DNA of 64,000 nt from Candidatus Latescibacterota bacterium (GCA_965215195.1 CBDCDC010000001.1:1184001-1248000); one strand, 5' to 3'. Positions 29,193-39,164 are shown, numbered from the stretch's first letter. Notes: a model not told the origin generated them from the letters alone. Program-made: numbers and translations.

Positions 29193-29304
29193 TTTCGCTC
29201 CTTGTCAAAAGGTCTCGTTTAGCTTAGACGCCGGTGCCGGAGAATAGTTGCAGCGATGTTTATGGGGCGCGGGTAAATTTTCTTTAGTTCTGTAAAACAA
29301 ATAG

Positions 29305-30219
29305 TTAGAGAATCGCGTACCCTTGCATCCACCGTGCGATGCAGTCGGCTGTCTCGGCGGGGCATTCGAGGTGGGGCGCGTGTCCGCAATGGGGGAAGAC
29401 GTGTAGCTCGGCACGGGGAAGTGCGGCCGCGAAACGCTGGGCCGAGCGCACAGGTAGGACGCAGTCCTGCTGCCCCCACAAAACCAAGGCTGGGCAGGTG
29501 ATGTCGCCAAAGCGCTGGTGGAACGTTGCTATGTCGGGGGGGACGAGGTTCCGCGCTGAGTAGTGGTAAGCATACGCGGCATTGGGCGTCTCAAATGCGG
29601 CGCGGGCGACCGTTGCGAGTTCCGGGGGAATTTTGCGACGGTCGTGGAAGCAGCGGCGGAAGGTGCGCCAAGTGGCCAAGCGCAACAGGCCGGATGCGCG
29701 GACCAAGGCGTGGAGCGGGGCGTAGGTTAGCAGCTTGCCCGGATAGCTGCCGAGGGTGCGCACGTGCATGGGGAGTTTGTGTGGGTAGCCGGCTGCGTCG
29801 ATGAGCACGAGCCCGCGCATTTTGGCCGCGAGCGCGGGAAAGTCGAGGTACAGGCGCAGGGCCAAGCCCCCGCCGAGCGAGCTGCCCAAGAGGATTACGT
29901 CGTCTAAGCCCAGCGCGGCGATAAAGGTCGCCAAGTAGGCAACCTGCATGTCCGGCGAGTAGCGCTCGGGCGCCGGGCGGGCGGCAAAAGTCGGCTTGCT
30001 GCTGCGCCCGTGGCCGATCAAGTCGGGTGCGATGAGGCGGCGGCCGGGCAAGCGGGCGGCCAAGCGGAACCACGTGGCCTTGTTGTCAAAGATGCCGTGC
30101 AGCAGCACTAAGGGGGGGGGGTCTCCGCCGCCATTGTCGATATACGCCATTTCGACTTGGTCGGCGAGGGCGAGGCGGTATTCGGCAAATCCGGGGAAGA
30201 GGGGGAGCACAGACTGCAT
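29305..30219 (-). CDS. Alpha/beta-fold hydrolase
   Basis: LLHG, DLIGHGRS, GSSLGG, WGQQD, CGHAPH. Confidence 0.85.
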   Translation of the reverse strand: MQSVLPLFPGFAEYRLALADQVEMAYIDNGGGDPPPLVLLHGIFDNKATWFRLAARLPGRRLIAPDLIGHGRSSKPTFAARPAPERYSPDMQVAYLATFIAALGLDDVILLGSSLGGGLALRLYLDFPALAAKMRGLVLIDAAGYPHKLPMHVRTLGSYPGKLLTYAPLHALVRASGLLRLATWRTFRRCFHDRRKIPPELATVARAAFETPNAAYAYHYSARNLVPPDIATFHQRFGDITCPALVLWGQQDCVLPVRSAQRFAAALPRAELHVFPHCGHAPHLECPAETADCIARWMQGYAIL

Positions 30220-30244
30220 AGGGCAGATAAAGAAGCATATTTGT

Positions 30245-31143
30245 CTGGTAAAATCCAACTTGGGCCAAGTGCTGGAGCAGACCGTGCGGGTCGCCGACAC
30301 CGCGATGACCGTGCTAGTGTTGGGCGAGACCGGCACGGGTAAGGGCTTACTCGCGCAGCTCATCCACGAAACAAGCACTCGACGCAAGCGGCCTTTCATC
30401 CACGTCAATTGCGGGGTACACGAGAAAGGGGCCTTTACCGGCGCAAGCACTCGCCAGCTTGGCCGCTTTGAACTGGCTGATGGCGGCACCCTCTTTTTGG
30501 ACGAAATCGGCGATTTGCCGTTGGAGTCTCAGCGGGTGCTGCTGAACATCTTGGAGGACAATACCCTGATCCGCGTCGGTGGCCAGCAGCCTGTAAAAGT
30601 GGACGTGCGGGTCATTGCGGCTACCAACCGCGACCTGCGGCAGGCCATTGCGGAACGTACGTTCCGCGAAGACCTGTTCTACCGCTTGGATACCTTTACG
30701 CTACCGCTTCCGCCGCTGCGGCAGCGGCAAGAGGATATACCAGATCTGGCGGCGCATTTTGCAGAGCGGTATGCTCAGCACCTGCGGCGGCCGGCACCGA
30801 CGATAGCCGACGGAGTGATCGCGCACAGGCGTATGCTTGGCCGGGGAATGTGCGCGAGTTAGAGCACCTGATCCATCGGGCGGTCTTGCTGTGCGAGGAC
30901 GGGGTGATACGCACGGGCGATTTGCTGCTGCCGTCGGTTGCACAGCGGTCTGGGGATGCGATGCCACCAGTGCCACTAGCGGCCAGCGAAGGCTTGGACG
31001 AAAAGCAGCAGCTTGTGAAGGCGCTGCAAGCGACCAACTGGATGATCTATGGCGAGCGGGGCGCGGTGCGCTTGTTGGGGATGCATCCGGAGAAGCTGCG
31101 CTACCGCATGCGGAAATACGGGTTGCGCCGACCCAAGAAGTAG
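30245..31143 (+). pseudogene. Decayed sigma54-dependent (Fis-HTH) activator
   Basis: GETGTGK, GAFTGA, LFLDEIG, WPGNVRELE; sensor domain missing, ESELFG segment deleted near 30415, frameshift near 30825. Confidence 0.85.
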
Positions 31144-31197
31144 AACGCAAGACGTCCCGAGGCATTAAGAGCCGACCGCAGAGGTCGTAGGCGGTCA

Positions 31198-31237
31198 ACA
31201 CGGAAAGTCGTGGAAAGACACGAAAAGTCGTGGAAAA
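31198..31237. repeat. Two tandem 20-bp repeats
   Basis: ACACGGAAAGTCGTGGAAAG / ACACGAAAAGTCGTGGAAAA. Confidence 0.8.
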
Positions 31238-31525
31238 GACGGCTGGGGCCGCGCATCGTAGGACGCTCCGTTCCCATAGTCAATAAGACGGAGTTCGATA
31301 TCCTGTATGACTGCATGGATCGTATGTCGAGGAGGGAGTAACCGAGGTCTGTATAGTGGCTAACGAAGTGCGAAGCCTCAGGCCATTGCTCGAAAGAGAC
31401 GTAATCGGTTTGGGGCAACTGGGCCTGACTTTGCGCTTCCAGCAACTCGCTCCTTCCATCCAGAGACCGTTAGAAAGTTGGGGCTTGGCAAAGCGGTGCG
31501 CTTTACGAACAGATTGCTCGGGCGG

Positions 31526-32620
31526 TCAGCGAACTTTGCCGCGGCCAGCGATCTCCCAAATCGCCTCCAGCCGACCTGTGCGCAGCGCGTAGAGGCGGTC
31601 GTGGAGATTGACGGTGGTGCAGCCGTGGCCGGGGATAAATTCGAGCAGGTCGCCGGGGCGGAGGTCCGCGCAGGGACCGGCTATGGTCTTGAGGCGACCG
31701 TGCTCTTCGGACAGGGCATGGCATTCCAAGTCGGGGCGATCCTTGACGAGGGGGAAGCCGTGCTCGGGCGTCAGGCTCTTTAGGCCAGCGTCGGTGATAA
31801 CCTGCTCGGGCGCGGGGCGACTGGTAACGGTGGTCAGTACGCTGAGGGCGTTTTTGAAGCCCAAGCCGAGCTTGGCGTACGCGGCGTCCATTAGCGCGTA
31901 CGAGCCAGCTTGGACCTCGGTGATGCCGTCGAAGGAGGTGCTGATGTAGTAATCGCCCGTGCCCGAGGCACTGCAAATGGAGCAGTCGAGACCAGCGCGT
32001 TCCACAGTGGCGCGGGCATGGACGAGGCGTTGGAGGCAGGTGCGGGCACCGTCGTCGCGGGTAGCTTTGTCTTGGAGATCGATGACGTGGCCTTCATAGC
32101 CCATCAGGCCACAGAAGCGAAGGTGGGGTGCTTGGGAGGCCGTGCGGGCGAGCTCGACGACGGCAGCGGGCGCGACGCCGCAGCGATTGTGGCCGATGTT
32201 GACTTCTACGAGTACGCGCGGGCAGACTTTGTAGGCGTGGGCCGCCTCGTTGAGGTCGGCGAGGTTTTGCGGGTCATCAACCGCAATCATAATGTCGCAA
32301 CGAGTGGCTAGTGCCATGAGGCGCTCGATCTTGCGGCGGCCGACGACTTCGTTGGCAATGAGGATGTCTTGGATGCCAGCGTCGGCCATGACCTCGGCCT
32401 CCCCGACCTTGGCGCAGGTGATTCCCTGCGCACCGGCTGCGAGCTGGAGGTGGGCGATGGCCGGGGTTTTGTGCGACTTGGTGTGCGGCCGGAGGTTTTT
32501 GCCCGCTGTGCGGAAGTGCTCGGCGAGCCGGGCGATGTTGTATTCGAGCGCGTCGAGATCGACCAAGAGGACGGGGGTGTCGATGGCGTCGCGGGTCATG
32601 CCGATGTGTTCGGTGGTCAT
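31526..32620 (-). CDS. DSD1/D-threonine aldolase family PLP enzyme
   Basis: LRPHTKSHK, GLMGYEGH, EVQAGSY, SEEHG, PGHGCTTVNL. Confidence 0.88.
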   Translation of the reverse strand: MTTEHIGMTRDAIDTPVLLVDLDALEYNIARLAEHFRTAGKNLRPHTKSHKTPAIAHLQLAAGAQGITCAKVGEAEVMADAGIQDILIANEVVGRRKIERLMALATRCDIMIAVDDPQNLADLNEAAHAYKVCPRVLVEVNIGHNRCGVAPAAVVELARTASQAPHLRFCGLMGYEGHVIDLQDKATRDDGARTCLQRLVHARATVERAGLDCSICSASGTGDYYISTSFDGITEVQAGSYALMDAAYAKLGLGFKNALSVLTTVTSRPAPEQVITDAGLKSLTPEHGFPLVKDRPDLECHALSEEHGRLKTIAGPCADLRPGDLLEFIPGHGCTTVNLHDRLYALRTGRLEAIWEIAGRGKVR

Positions 32621-32807
32621 AGTCGGGGCTTTGTGGGTTGGGTGGATATTGCTTGCGGATAAAGAAACCGGGCCGCCCGCTTCTTGTCCAGTGCTTGGGC
32701 CTCGCGTGGACGGGTGCGTGGCGAAATCGTTATGATCGTTGTTTGTATTTGGTCAGGGTAGCGGTGGAGACGGATATGCTCTCACCCCGCGATTTTTTGC
32801 TCATGTG

Positions 32808-32911
32808 CTAACTACACGACACCAATAACTTGTCGTTGATGGGCGATGAGTCCGGGATCGAGGGCAAGATGCCCTCGATCCGAGGGTAAGGCCCTACTGT
32901 CGTGTACTTAG
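32808..32911. mobile_element. 104-bp MITE-like element with internal REP-like hairpin
   Basis: TIRs CTAACTACACGACA / TGTCGTGTACTTAG (13/14); flanking direct repeat CTCATGTG at 32800-32807 and 32912-32919; 12-bp perfect stem at 32855-32881. Confidence 0.7.
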
Positions 32912-32919
32912 CTCATGTG

Positions 32920-34179
32920 CTAGAACGCAAGCGGCAAATCGCCGTTTTCGTCGAAGGCCATGTCCTCGGCCTCGGCCGTGATTTCCAAATCCTCGCGCTG
33001 TTCGAGCTCGGGCCGATAGGTTTCTGAAATGAGGAGCTCGCCTAGCTCTAGGGTGTTGTGGATGCGCAGGACCTTGGCGTTTTCGGGTTCGACGAGGCCG
33101 ACGGTCTCTAACGCCTTTTCGATGCAGATGCGGTCCGTATCGAAGTAGAGGGGAATGTGGGCACCCGAGGGGTGGTTGCCGGTCATGCAGTTGATGTAGG
33201 TGATCTCGCGGTCCATCTGCTCAATGGCGCGCTTGTGGGCGTATTCGGCCGTGCCAATGCCCGAGGCGTTGCCGTGGGTCTCCTCGGTCAGGCTGCGGAC
33301 GAGGATGCGGGTTACTTTGGGGTACTCCTTGGCGGCGGCGTGGTTGTCGTGGAACTTGCGGCCGACGACGTTGGTGTCCATGCCGGCACCGGAAATGTTT
33401 TTGCCGATCGCATCGACGATGAGCAGATCGACTTCGTCAAAGGGCAGGCGCGGCATCCATTGCTTGGCGAGGACTAATAGCTCCTTTTCGCGCGCTACGA
33501 ACTCGTCGGCCCCTACGCCGCGGATCAGCGCGGTTTGGTCGTATTGGTTTTCGACTAAGGCCAGCCCCATGAGCACGCCGCACTGGTCGATAACGGTTTG
33601 GCCGACCGAGCGGACGATGCGGTCAAAGCTGTAGTGGACAATGGCTTGGTGGTACAGGGCCGCGCCTTTGTGCTTGCCCAAGCCGATGAGCATCATCTTG
33701 TGCAGGCCGCTCTCGATTTCGCCGACAAAGTCGGTGTGCGGCTTGACGCGACCGACGACGGCTACGTGATCCGCCTCGAACGCGTATTTGTCAAAAAAGA
33801 CCGGGACGCCGTCCTCGGTTGCGCCCACCTGTACGGTTTCCATGGACGACTTAATGGGTGCGCCGGTGTACGCCTCGGTGACGCCGTAGCCTTCGATAAT
33901 GGCCTGTTGCGCCTCGGCCATGCCGCCGCCGTGGCTGCCCATGGCCGGGACGAGGAAGGGCTGGAGGCCGAGGGCCTTGAATTCGGCCACGAGGCTTTTG
34001 ATCACCAGCGCGATATTGGCAATGCCGCGGCTGCCGACCGAGATGGCGATGGTCTGGCCGGGCGCGACTTTGGGGCCTAAGTTGAGGCGCTGGACCTCGG
34101 CGCGCACGGTAGCGGGAATGTCGGCGACCGTGGGTGCCGAGAAATGCTGGCGGACGCGGAACATGCGGGGTAGGGACAT
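32920..34179 (-). CDS. LarA-like (lactate racemase domain) protein
   Basis: GSRGIANI, PAMGSHGG, RVKPHTDF, KNISGAGMD. Confidence 0.8.
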   Translation of the reverse strand: MSLPRMFRVRQHFSAPTVADIPATVRAEVQRLNLGPKVAPGQTIAISVGSRGIANIALVIKSLVAEFKALGLQPFLVPAMGSHGGGMAEAQQAIIEGYGVTEAYTGAPIKSSMETVQVGATEDGVPVFFDKYAFEADHVAVVGRVKPHTDFVGEIESGLHKMMLIGLGKHKGAALYHQAIVHYSFDRIVRSVGQTVIDQCGVLMGLALVENQYDQTALIRGVGADEFVAREKELLVLAKQWMPRLPFDEVDLLIVDAIGKNISGAGMDTNVVGRKFHDNHAAAKEYPKVTRILVRSLTEETHGNASGIGTAEYAHKRAIEQMDREITYINCMTGNHPSGAHIPLYFDTDRICIEKALETVGLVEPENAKVLRIHNTLELGELLISETYRPELEQREDLEITAEAEDMAFDENGDLPLAF

Positions 34180-34189
34180 GGTGGACCTC

Positions 34190-35341
34190 CTAAATGGCTT
34201 GTTGGAATAGAGCTTCGAGATCGCGCTGGCTGGTCTTGCGCGGGTTGACGGCGATGTTGCCGCTCTGCATGGCGGTGTGTGCCATGGTGGGGATGCGGGC
34301 TGTATCAACGCCGACATCGCCGAGCTTGGGCGGGATGCCTAAGTCGGCGTTGAGGTGTCGCACCGCGGCGATGGCCGCCTGCGCGGCTTGGCGTTGGTCT
34401 AACTCGGAGATGTGTGCGCCGAGTGCCTCGGCGATGGCGGCAAATTTGCCGGGGCAGGCCAGCCAATTGAATTCCATGACATAGGGCAGCAAGATGGCGT
34501 TGAGCAGCCCGTGATGCACGTGGTAGTGAGCTCCAACCGGATGGGACATGGCGTGGACGTTGCCGAGGCGCGTTTGCGAAAAGGCGACGCCGGCCAGCAT
34601 ACTGGCGATGAGCATGTTTTCGGTGGCGGCTAGCGCATGGTCGTTGGCGCAGGCGAGGCGCAGATTGTCGCCGATAAGGCGGATGGCGTGCAGGGCGATG
34701 CCTTCGGTGAGAGGCGTGGCTGCTAGATTGATATAGGATTCGAGTGCGTGGGTCAGGGCGTCCATGCCGGTAGCCGCGCCCACCGGGGCGGGCAAGGCGA
34801 CCGACAGGTCGGGGTCGAGGACGCCGACTTGGGGTGCGATCTTCCAGCTAATAACCGGGTCTTTGTTGCCGCTGGCCGGATTGTCCAGCACGGCGAAGGG
34901 CGTGACTTCGCTGGCGGTGCCGTAGGTCGTGGGGACGCAGGCGAGGTAGGGCAGGTCGTTTGCGACTTTTCCGCTGCCTAGATACTGGGTGATGCGTCCG
35001 TCGTTGGACGCGAGGACGCCGATCATCTTGGCCACGTCCATAGGCGAGCCACCGCCGAGGCCGATGATGGCCGTGCAGCGTTCTCGTTGGTAGGTCTGGG
35101 TGCCTTCCTCAACGGATTCTGCGGTCGGCTCACTCGATCCGTCCTTGAGATAGATAGCATGGGGAATGTCGCCGAGGGCGGCGACGACTGCTGCCACCGT
35201 GCCGATTTCTCCTAAGACCCGATCGGAGACGATCAGCACCTTGTCGGTAGGCGAGAAGCAATCCGCCAAGCAGGCGATAGACCCGGGGCCGTGGACGATG
35301 TGGGTGGGGTAGCGGAAGTCGAAGTGGGTTTGGAAGGGCAT
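34190..35341 (-). CDS. Iron-containing alcohol dehydrogenase
   Basis: GGGSPMD, PTTYGTASE, DALTHALE, HAMSH, HG. Confidence 0.9.
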   Translation of the reverse strand: MPFQTHFDFRYPTHIVHGPGSIACLADCFSPTDKVLIVSDRVLGEIGTVAAVVAALGDIPHAIYLKDGSSEPTAESVEEGTQTYQRERCTAIIGLGGGSPMDVAKMIGVLASNDGRITQYLGSGKVANDLPYLACVPTTYGTASEVTPFAVLDNPASGNKDPVISWKIAPQVGVLDPDLSVALPAPVGAATGMDALTHALESYINLAATPLTEGIALHAIRLIGDNLRLACANDHALAATENMLIASMLAGVAFSQTRLGNVHAMSHPVGAHYHVHHGLLNAILLPYVMEFNWLACPGKFAAIAEALGAHISELDQRQAAQAAIAAVRHLNADLGIPPKLGDVGVDTARIPTMAHTAMQSGNIAVNPRKTSQRDLEALFQQAI

Positions 35342-35442
35342 GGACAATCCTCTGTGTGCAGGAGGGAAAGTAGCTAGCGCTCGTCGTTGATGTCAAGATA
35401 ACCGGAGGGGGCTGGGTCGGTAGTCCGACGCCTTGTAGCTAA

Positions 35443-35523
35443 ACAGCACGTTTTTCACAAACTCGAATCATCTCTGCCCGGAGAGCAACGCGTCATGAGC
35501 GAAGAAAATACCACGAAATTTAG
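35443..35523 (+). pseudogene. 3' stub of a BrnT-family toxin
   Basis: TARFSQTRIISARRATRHERRKYHEI* overlapping the antitoxin start; in-frame TAA just upstream. Confidence 0.8.
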
Positions 35524-35863
35524 GCTGGACGAAAAGAACCTACTGCGTCTGAGCAAGTCCGAGGTGCAACGCCTCGATTCCATGCGCGACGAGGAGATCG
35601 AAAAGGCCGCGTTGTCCGATCCCGACAATCCGCCTTTGACGGATGAGGAACTTGAAGCATTCGAGCGCGTTCCTGACACGAAGGCGATCCGCAAAGCCTT
35701 GCGTTTAACTCAGCACGAATTCGCCACCACGTTTCAGCTCTCTTTGGCGACGGTACGAGACTGGGAACAGGGGCGCTACCAGCCGGATCAGGCGGCCCGT
35801 ACGCTCCTGCGCGTAATTGCCCGTGATTCCAAAGCGGTCAAGCGCGCCTTGGAGATGTCTTAA
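35495..35863 (+). CDS. XRE/HTH antitoxin (BrnA/HigA-like)
   Basis: DEEIEKAALSDPDNPPL and LTQHEFA..TVRDWEQGRYQP. Confidence 0.85.
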   Translation: MSEENTTKFRLDEKNLLRLSKSEVQRLDSMRDEEIEKAALSDPDNPPLTDEELEAFERVPDTKAIRKALRLTQHEFATTFQLSLATVRDWEQGRYQPDQAARTLLRVIARDSKAVKRALEMS

Positions 35864-35880
35864 GCTGAGAGTGCATAAGG

Positions 35881-37098
35881 TTAGGATAACCCACCGACCA
35901 AACTCTGAACCGATGTTTCAAGTTCACGGGTTATCTGTTCTACCGTTTCTCTTTTCTGAGTTCTGTAGGTATCATAACGTTCCCGAAGATTTTTCGGCTC
36001 ACCGACGCGGACTGCTGCCACCCGCGGTCCGCGCATTTCTGATCGGCCAAAGACTTCTCTTTCAAGACGGAGAATTACATCGAGAAACCGCTCTGGCGAT
36101 GGTTCTTCGGCAACATACCCATCAGAAATTGCTATAAAATTAATCAACCGCTCCAGATCGGGATAGAATTGTTGAAATTTCTGGAGCTGCTCTCCATGTA
36201 TTTTCTGCTCGTACTCCGTCATCTGCTCAATGTCCCTATAGATTTCGGCATCGACTATGTTTTTCAACACACGTGTCCTCGTGAGTATGTCGGCTTCAGT
36301 GTGGATACCCATAATCCCTTCGGCATGGGACAGGATCGCATCTTTCAACCTTTCGATATGTACATCAAGAGACACAGTTTCGTCTATCTTATACTGATAT
36401 TCCGATGCGAGCGTCCTGAATATCGCGACGCCGATGCGGCGCAACCGATCGTAGCGTTCTACCGGCGTCTGTTCGCCAGGAGGGAGGATATACCGTTCTA
36501 ACCTCGTGAGAGCAGCATCAATAGAATTCCACATGTCTCGCGGATAATGATATTTGATGCCGACGGGCACAGCATAGAGCGATTTGCTGACTTTCGCTTT
36601 TGCCATATCGTCCAAAGCCCAAAAGCACATCTGTACAATGCCTCTCTCAAAACGCATGACGGTGTCATTTTGGCGCGAAATTTCCCCTTCGCCAAAAATT
36701 ACAACCGGCCAGTCGCCCTGAAACAAAAGCTCCCGCGTCGTGCGGAAGGCATCTCTATCTACAGTGCCGCGCACAACCGAGTACACACCGACCCGCTGCA
36801 TCAGATAGCATTGGATAGCCCCGAGTCTGCCCTTGTCGAAGGTTTCCCGCGCTGCCATATAGTAGTACGGTTGAGATAATCGCTTTGACAAGAGAAACAT
36901 AACTATAGGATCTTCGTGCGCCGGATGGTTGGGGACTAAGACCGTAGAATGTCCATGTATCGCCTCCAATCGAGCAATGGACTCTGCATCAACATCCAGT
37001 GTCAACCCTTTCAAATACAAGCGATTCGCAAGCGGTATTAGGGCTCGTATCGTTTGAATCGTTGTCGTACTCGGTTTAGGTGGTTTGAAATCTAACAT
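35881..37098 (-). CDS. PlsC-family acyltransferase (low-GC insert)
   Basis: NHPAHED, IFGEG; more AT-rich than flanks. Confidence 0.85.
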   Translation of the reverse strand: MLDFKPPKPSTTTIQTIRALIPLANRLYLKGLTLDVDAESIARLEAIHGHSTVLVPNHPAHEDPIVMFLLSKRLSQPYYYMAARETFDKGRLGAIQCYLMQRVGVYSVVRGTVDRDAFRTTRELLFQGDWPVVIFGEGEISRQNDTVMRFERGIVQMCFWALDDMAKAKVSKSLYAVPVGIKYHYPRDMWNSIDAALTRLERYILPPGEQTPVERYDRLRRIGVAIFRTLASEYQYKIDETVSLDVHIERLKDAILSHAEGIMGIHTEADILTRTRVLKNIVDAEIYRDIEQMTEYEQKIHGEQLQKFQQFYPDLERLINFIAISDGYVAEEPSPERFLDVILRLEREVFGRSEMRGPRVAAVRVGEPKNLRERYDTYRTQKRETVEQITRELETSVQSLVGGLS

Positions 37099-37140
37099 CG
37101 CGTCCGATCTTTGCGTCGTACGGTATGTTGGTACTACTGG

Positions 37141-37230
37141 TGCCCAGGGGGTATCGGGCAATTCGGTCCAGCCCACGCTATTAGCCGAATACCACACATC
37201 GCGGCGATTGCCACTTTCTGCCGCATGGTC
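37141..37230 (-). pseudogene. Stub resembling a kelch/galactose-oxidase-type repeat
   Basis: GNRRDVWYSANSVGWTELPDTPWAP. Confidence 0.5.
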
Positions 37231-37235
37231 ATAAT

Positions 37236-37261
37236 CTAGGACCGAGGGCGTCTCGCCCTCG
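37236..37261 (-). repeat. REP-like palindrome
   Basis: Minus strand CGAGGGCGAGACGCCCTCGGTCCTAG. Confidence 0.7.
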
Positions 37262-37450
37262 AAAAACGCTCCATCCGAGGGCCGCTTGACCGCTACTCAA
37301 CGCGGTCCGCCGGGGGTTTGTCGCGCCTAAAGGCGCGGTGAAGCAGATCGCTTCTAAGGCAATTGCAACATTCCACCGGAGATTCACGAGTTCGCCGCGC
37401 AACCGCTTTTTGTCGGCATTGACGTGCAAACAGCAGGTCCGCCCGCGGCC

Positions 37451-38296
37451 CTACACCAGCATGCGCTGGTCGCTGAGATCCTTGCTGCCCACGGTCTTGC
37501 TGATGGTGCCACCGCGGAATTCTTTGATCTCTAGGTTGTAGAACGCGTTGACGATCATGTACTGGGTCGGCATGTCCTCCCAGCGCGCCGGGTGAAACTC
37601 GACTGTCCCGTCACCCCTCCACAACCCGATCAGGCGGCTGTTGCTGCCCTCCGACGGGGTAAGGCAGGCGTAGGCCGCGTCTGCTTCGCCCCAGTGGCCA
37701 GTGCGGGGGATGTACTTGTAATGGAGCTGCCCGGTCAGTACGCCGTCGGTGCGCGGTGCTGCCGGCGCTGGATAGTCGGCGGGTGCTACTTCGCGCATGT
37801 TGGTCAGCTTCATGTCGAGGAAGCGAAACCCCTGCCAGTGCGCTGTGACGTGGGTCTCGCCCCGGCACACTGCCGGGTCCGGCATCTCGCAGTAGATCTT
37901 CGAGAACCCGAGCTGTTCCCGACCAGTGAGAATCGGCTCGGTCATGTTCTCCCACAGGACAGTCAGCAACGGTCCCATTGCGCGGTCGCGCTTGCCGGTG
38001 TAGGTCACCGGAAAGGCCACGCCCATCATGGTGTAGCCGCGTCCGGCCAACCACTCGATCTCCTTCAGGTGGGTCTGGGACACCGTCACCACTGGCTCGC
38101 CGTGCAGCGCGAACCCCTGCGGCAGCAGCGCCTCGAGCTGTTCGGCGTTGGTCAGGAAGCTGACCGAGTAGCTGGTGCCCTTGGGAGTATCGACGCAGGC
38201 ATACCTTTTGCCGTCGGGGCCGCGGCGCGGGCCCGTCATCGGTCCAAAGTGAGTGGGCATGAGGTACATCGCGCCTAGCGGAAACTTGTACGCCAC
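37451..38296 (-). CDS. Acetoacetate decarboxylase family protein
   Basis: MPTHFGP, VLWEN..PILTGREQLGFSK; GTG start after GAGGAG. Confidence 0.8.
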   Translation of the reverse strand: MAYKFPLGAMYLMPTHFGPMTGPRRGPDGKRYACVDTPKGTSYSVSFLTNAEQLEALLPQGFALHGEPVVTVSQTHLKEIEWLAGRGYTMMGVAFPVTYTGKRDRAMGPLLTVLWENMTEPILTGREQLGFSKIYCEMPDPAVCRGETHVTAHWQGFRFLDMKLTNMREVAPADYPAPAAPRTDGVLTGQLHYKYIPRTGHWGEADAAYACLTPSEGSNSRLIGLWRGDGTVEFHPARWEDMPTQYMIVNAFYNLEIKEFRGGTISKTVGSKDLSDQRMLV

Positions 38297-38423
38297 TGAT
38301 GCTCTCCTCTCTTGTTGACAAACCACTGGGGGATAAACAAATTAAGGGTATAAGGAATATAAAGGGCCTTTTAGGGGATCAGGTCAAGCGGCGTAGTTTT
38401 CGTCGAGATTTATAGGAGGAAAA

Positions 38424-39164
38424 ATGAAAAGATGTAATTATTGGTTTTTAGCGATCGGCACCTTGCTGATTTTAGTACTCACTGCCTGTGATTTATATGT
38501 TGCTTCGGAGGTATTATCGTCCTCAACAATTGACAGAACTATCCATGTAATCGGGAGCGGTTCAGTTACTGGTGAACCAGATATTGCAACGCTTGATGTA
38601 GGTGTGTCTGTTGAGGAAGAGACAGTCGCAGAGGCACGTGCAGAAGCTGCGAGTGCGATGACAGCGTTAATAGGTTCCCTGCAAGCGAACAACGTTGCTG
38701 AAAAAGACATTAAAACCGAGAATTTCAGTATCCATCCCCAGTACGACTATGCAGAAAGCGGACGCCTACTCCGTGGTTACAGAGTAAACAACACTGTTAG
38801 GGCAAAGGTCCGAGAATTGGCAACCCTCAGCGATGTCATAGATGATGCCGCCGCCGCGGGAGGGAATAGCATTGTTATTAACTCTATTCAATTTATGATT
38901 GATGATACTACACCATTACAAACCGAGGCACGTAGTTTGGCGGTAAAGGATGCTGAAGCGAAAGCACAAACCTTAGCGGAAGCAAGTGGTGTAACGCTAG
39001 GAGAACCTATTACCATCACTGAAAATACTCATTTCGGAGGTTCGCCAATCCCGTATGCGACTGCAGAAGCCGCCTTCGATGATGCCGCGCGTACTTCCAC
39101 TCCCATTGTCTCAGGTGAACTCACTGTCACCGTGAATGTCACTGTGGTGTATGAGATTGAGTGA
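38424..39164 (+). CDS. SIMPL/DUF541 lipoprotein (low-GC insert)
   Basis: LTAC lipobox, GSGSVTGEPDIA, GYRVNN, KAQTLA; AGGAGG RBS. Confidence 0.88.
   Translation: MKRCNYWFLAIGTLLILVLTACDLYVASEVLSSSTIDRTIHVIGSGSVTGEPDIATLDVGVSVEEETVAEARAEAASAMTALIGSLQANNVAEKDIKTENFSIHPQYDYAESGRLLRGYRVNNTVRAKVRELATLSDVIDDAAAAGGNSIVINSIQFMIDDTTPLQTEARSLAVKDAEAKAQTLAEASGVTLGEPITITENTHFGGSPIPYATAEAAFDDAARTSTPIVSGELTVTVNVTVVYEIE

Noticed and set aside
31198-31237. Mini CRISPR array
   Set aside because: Two adjacent units, no spacers, no cas genes
37262-37450. Possible further gene stub (LHVNAD, minus strand)
   Set aside because: Too short and degenerate to assign without a search
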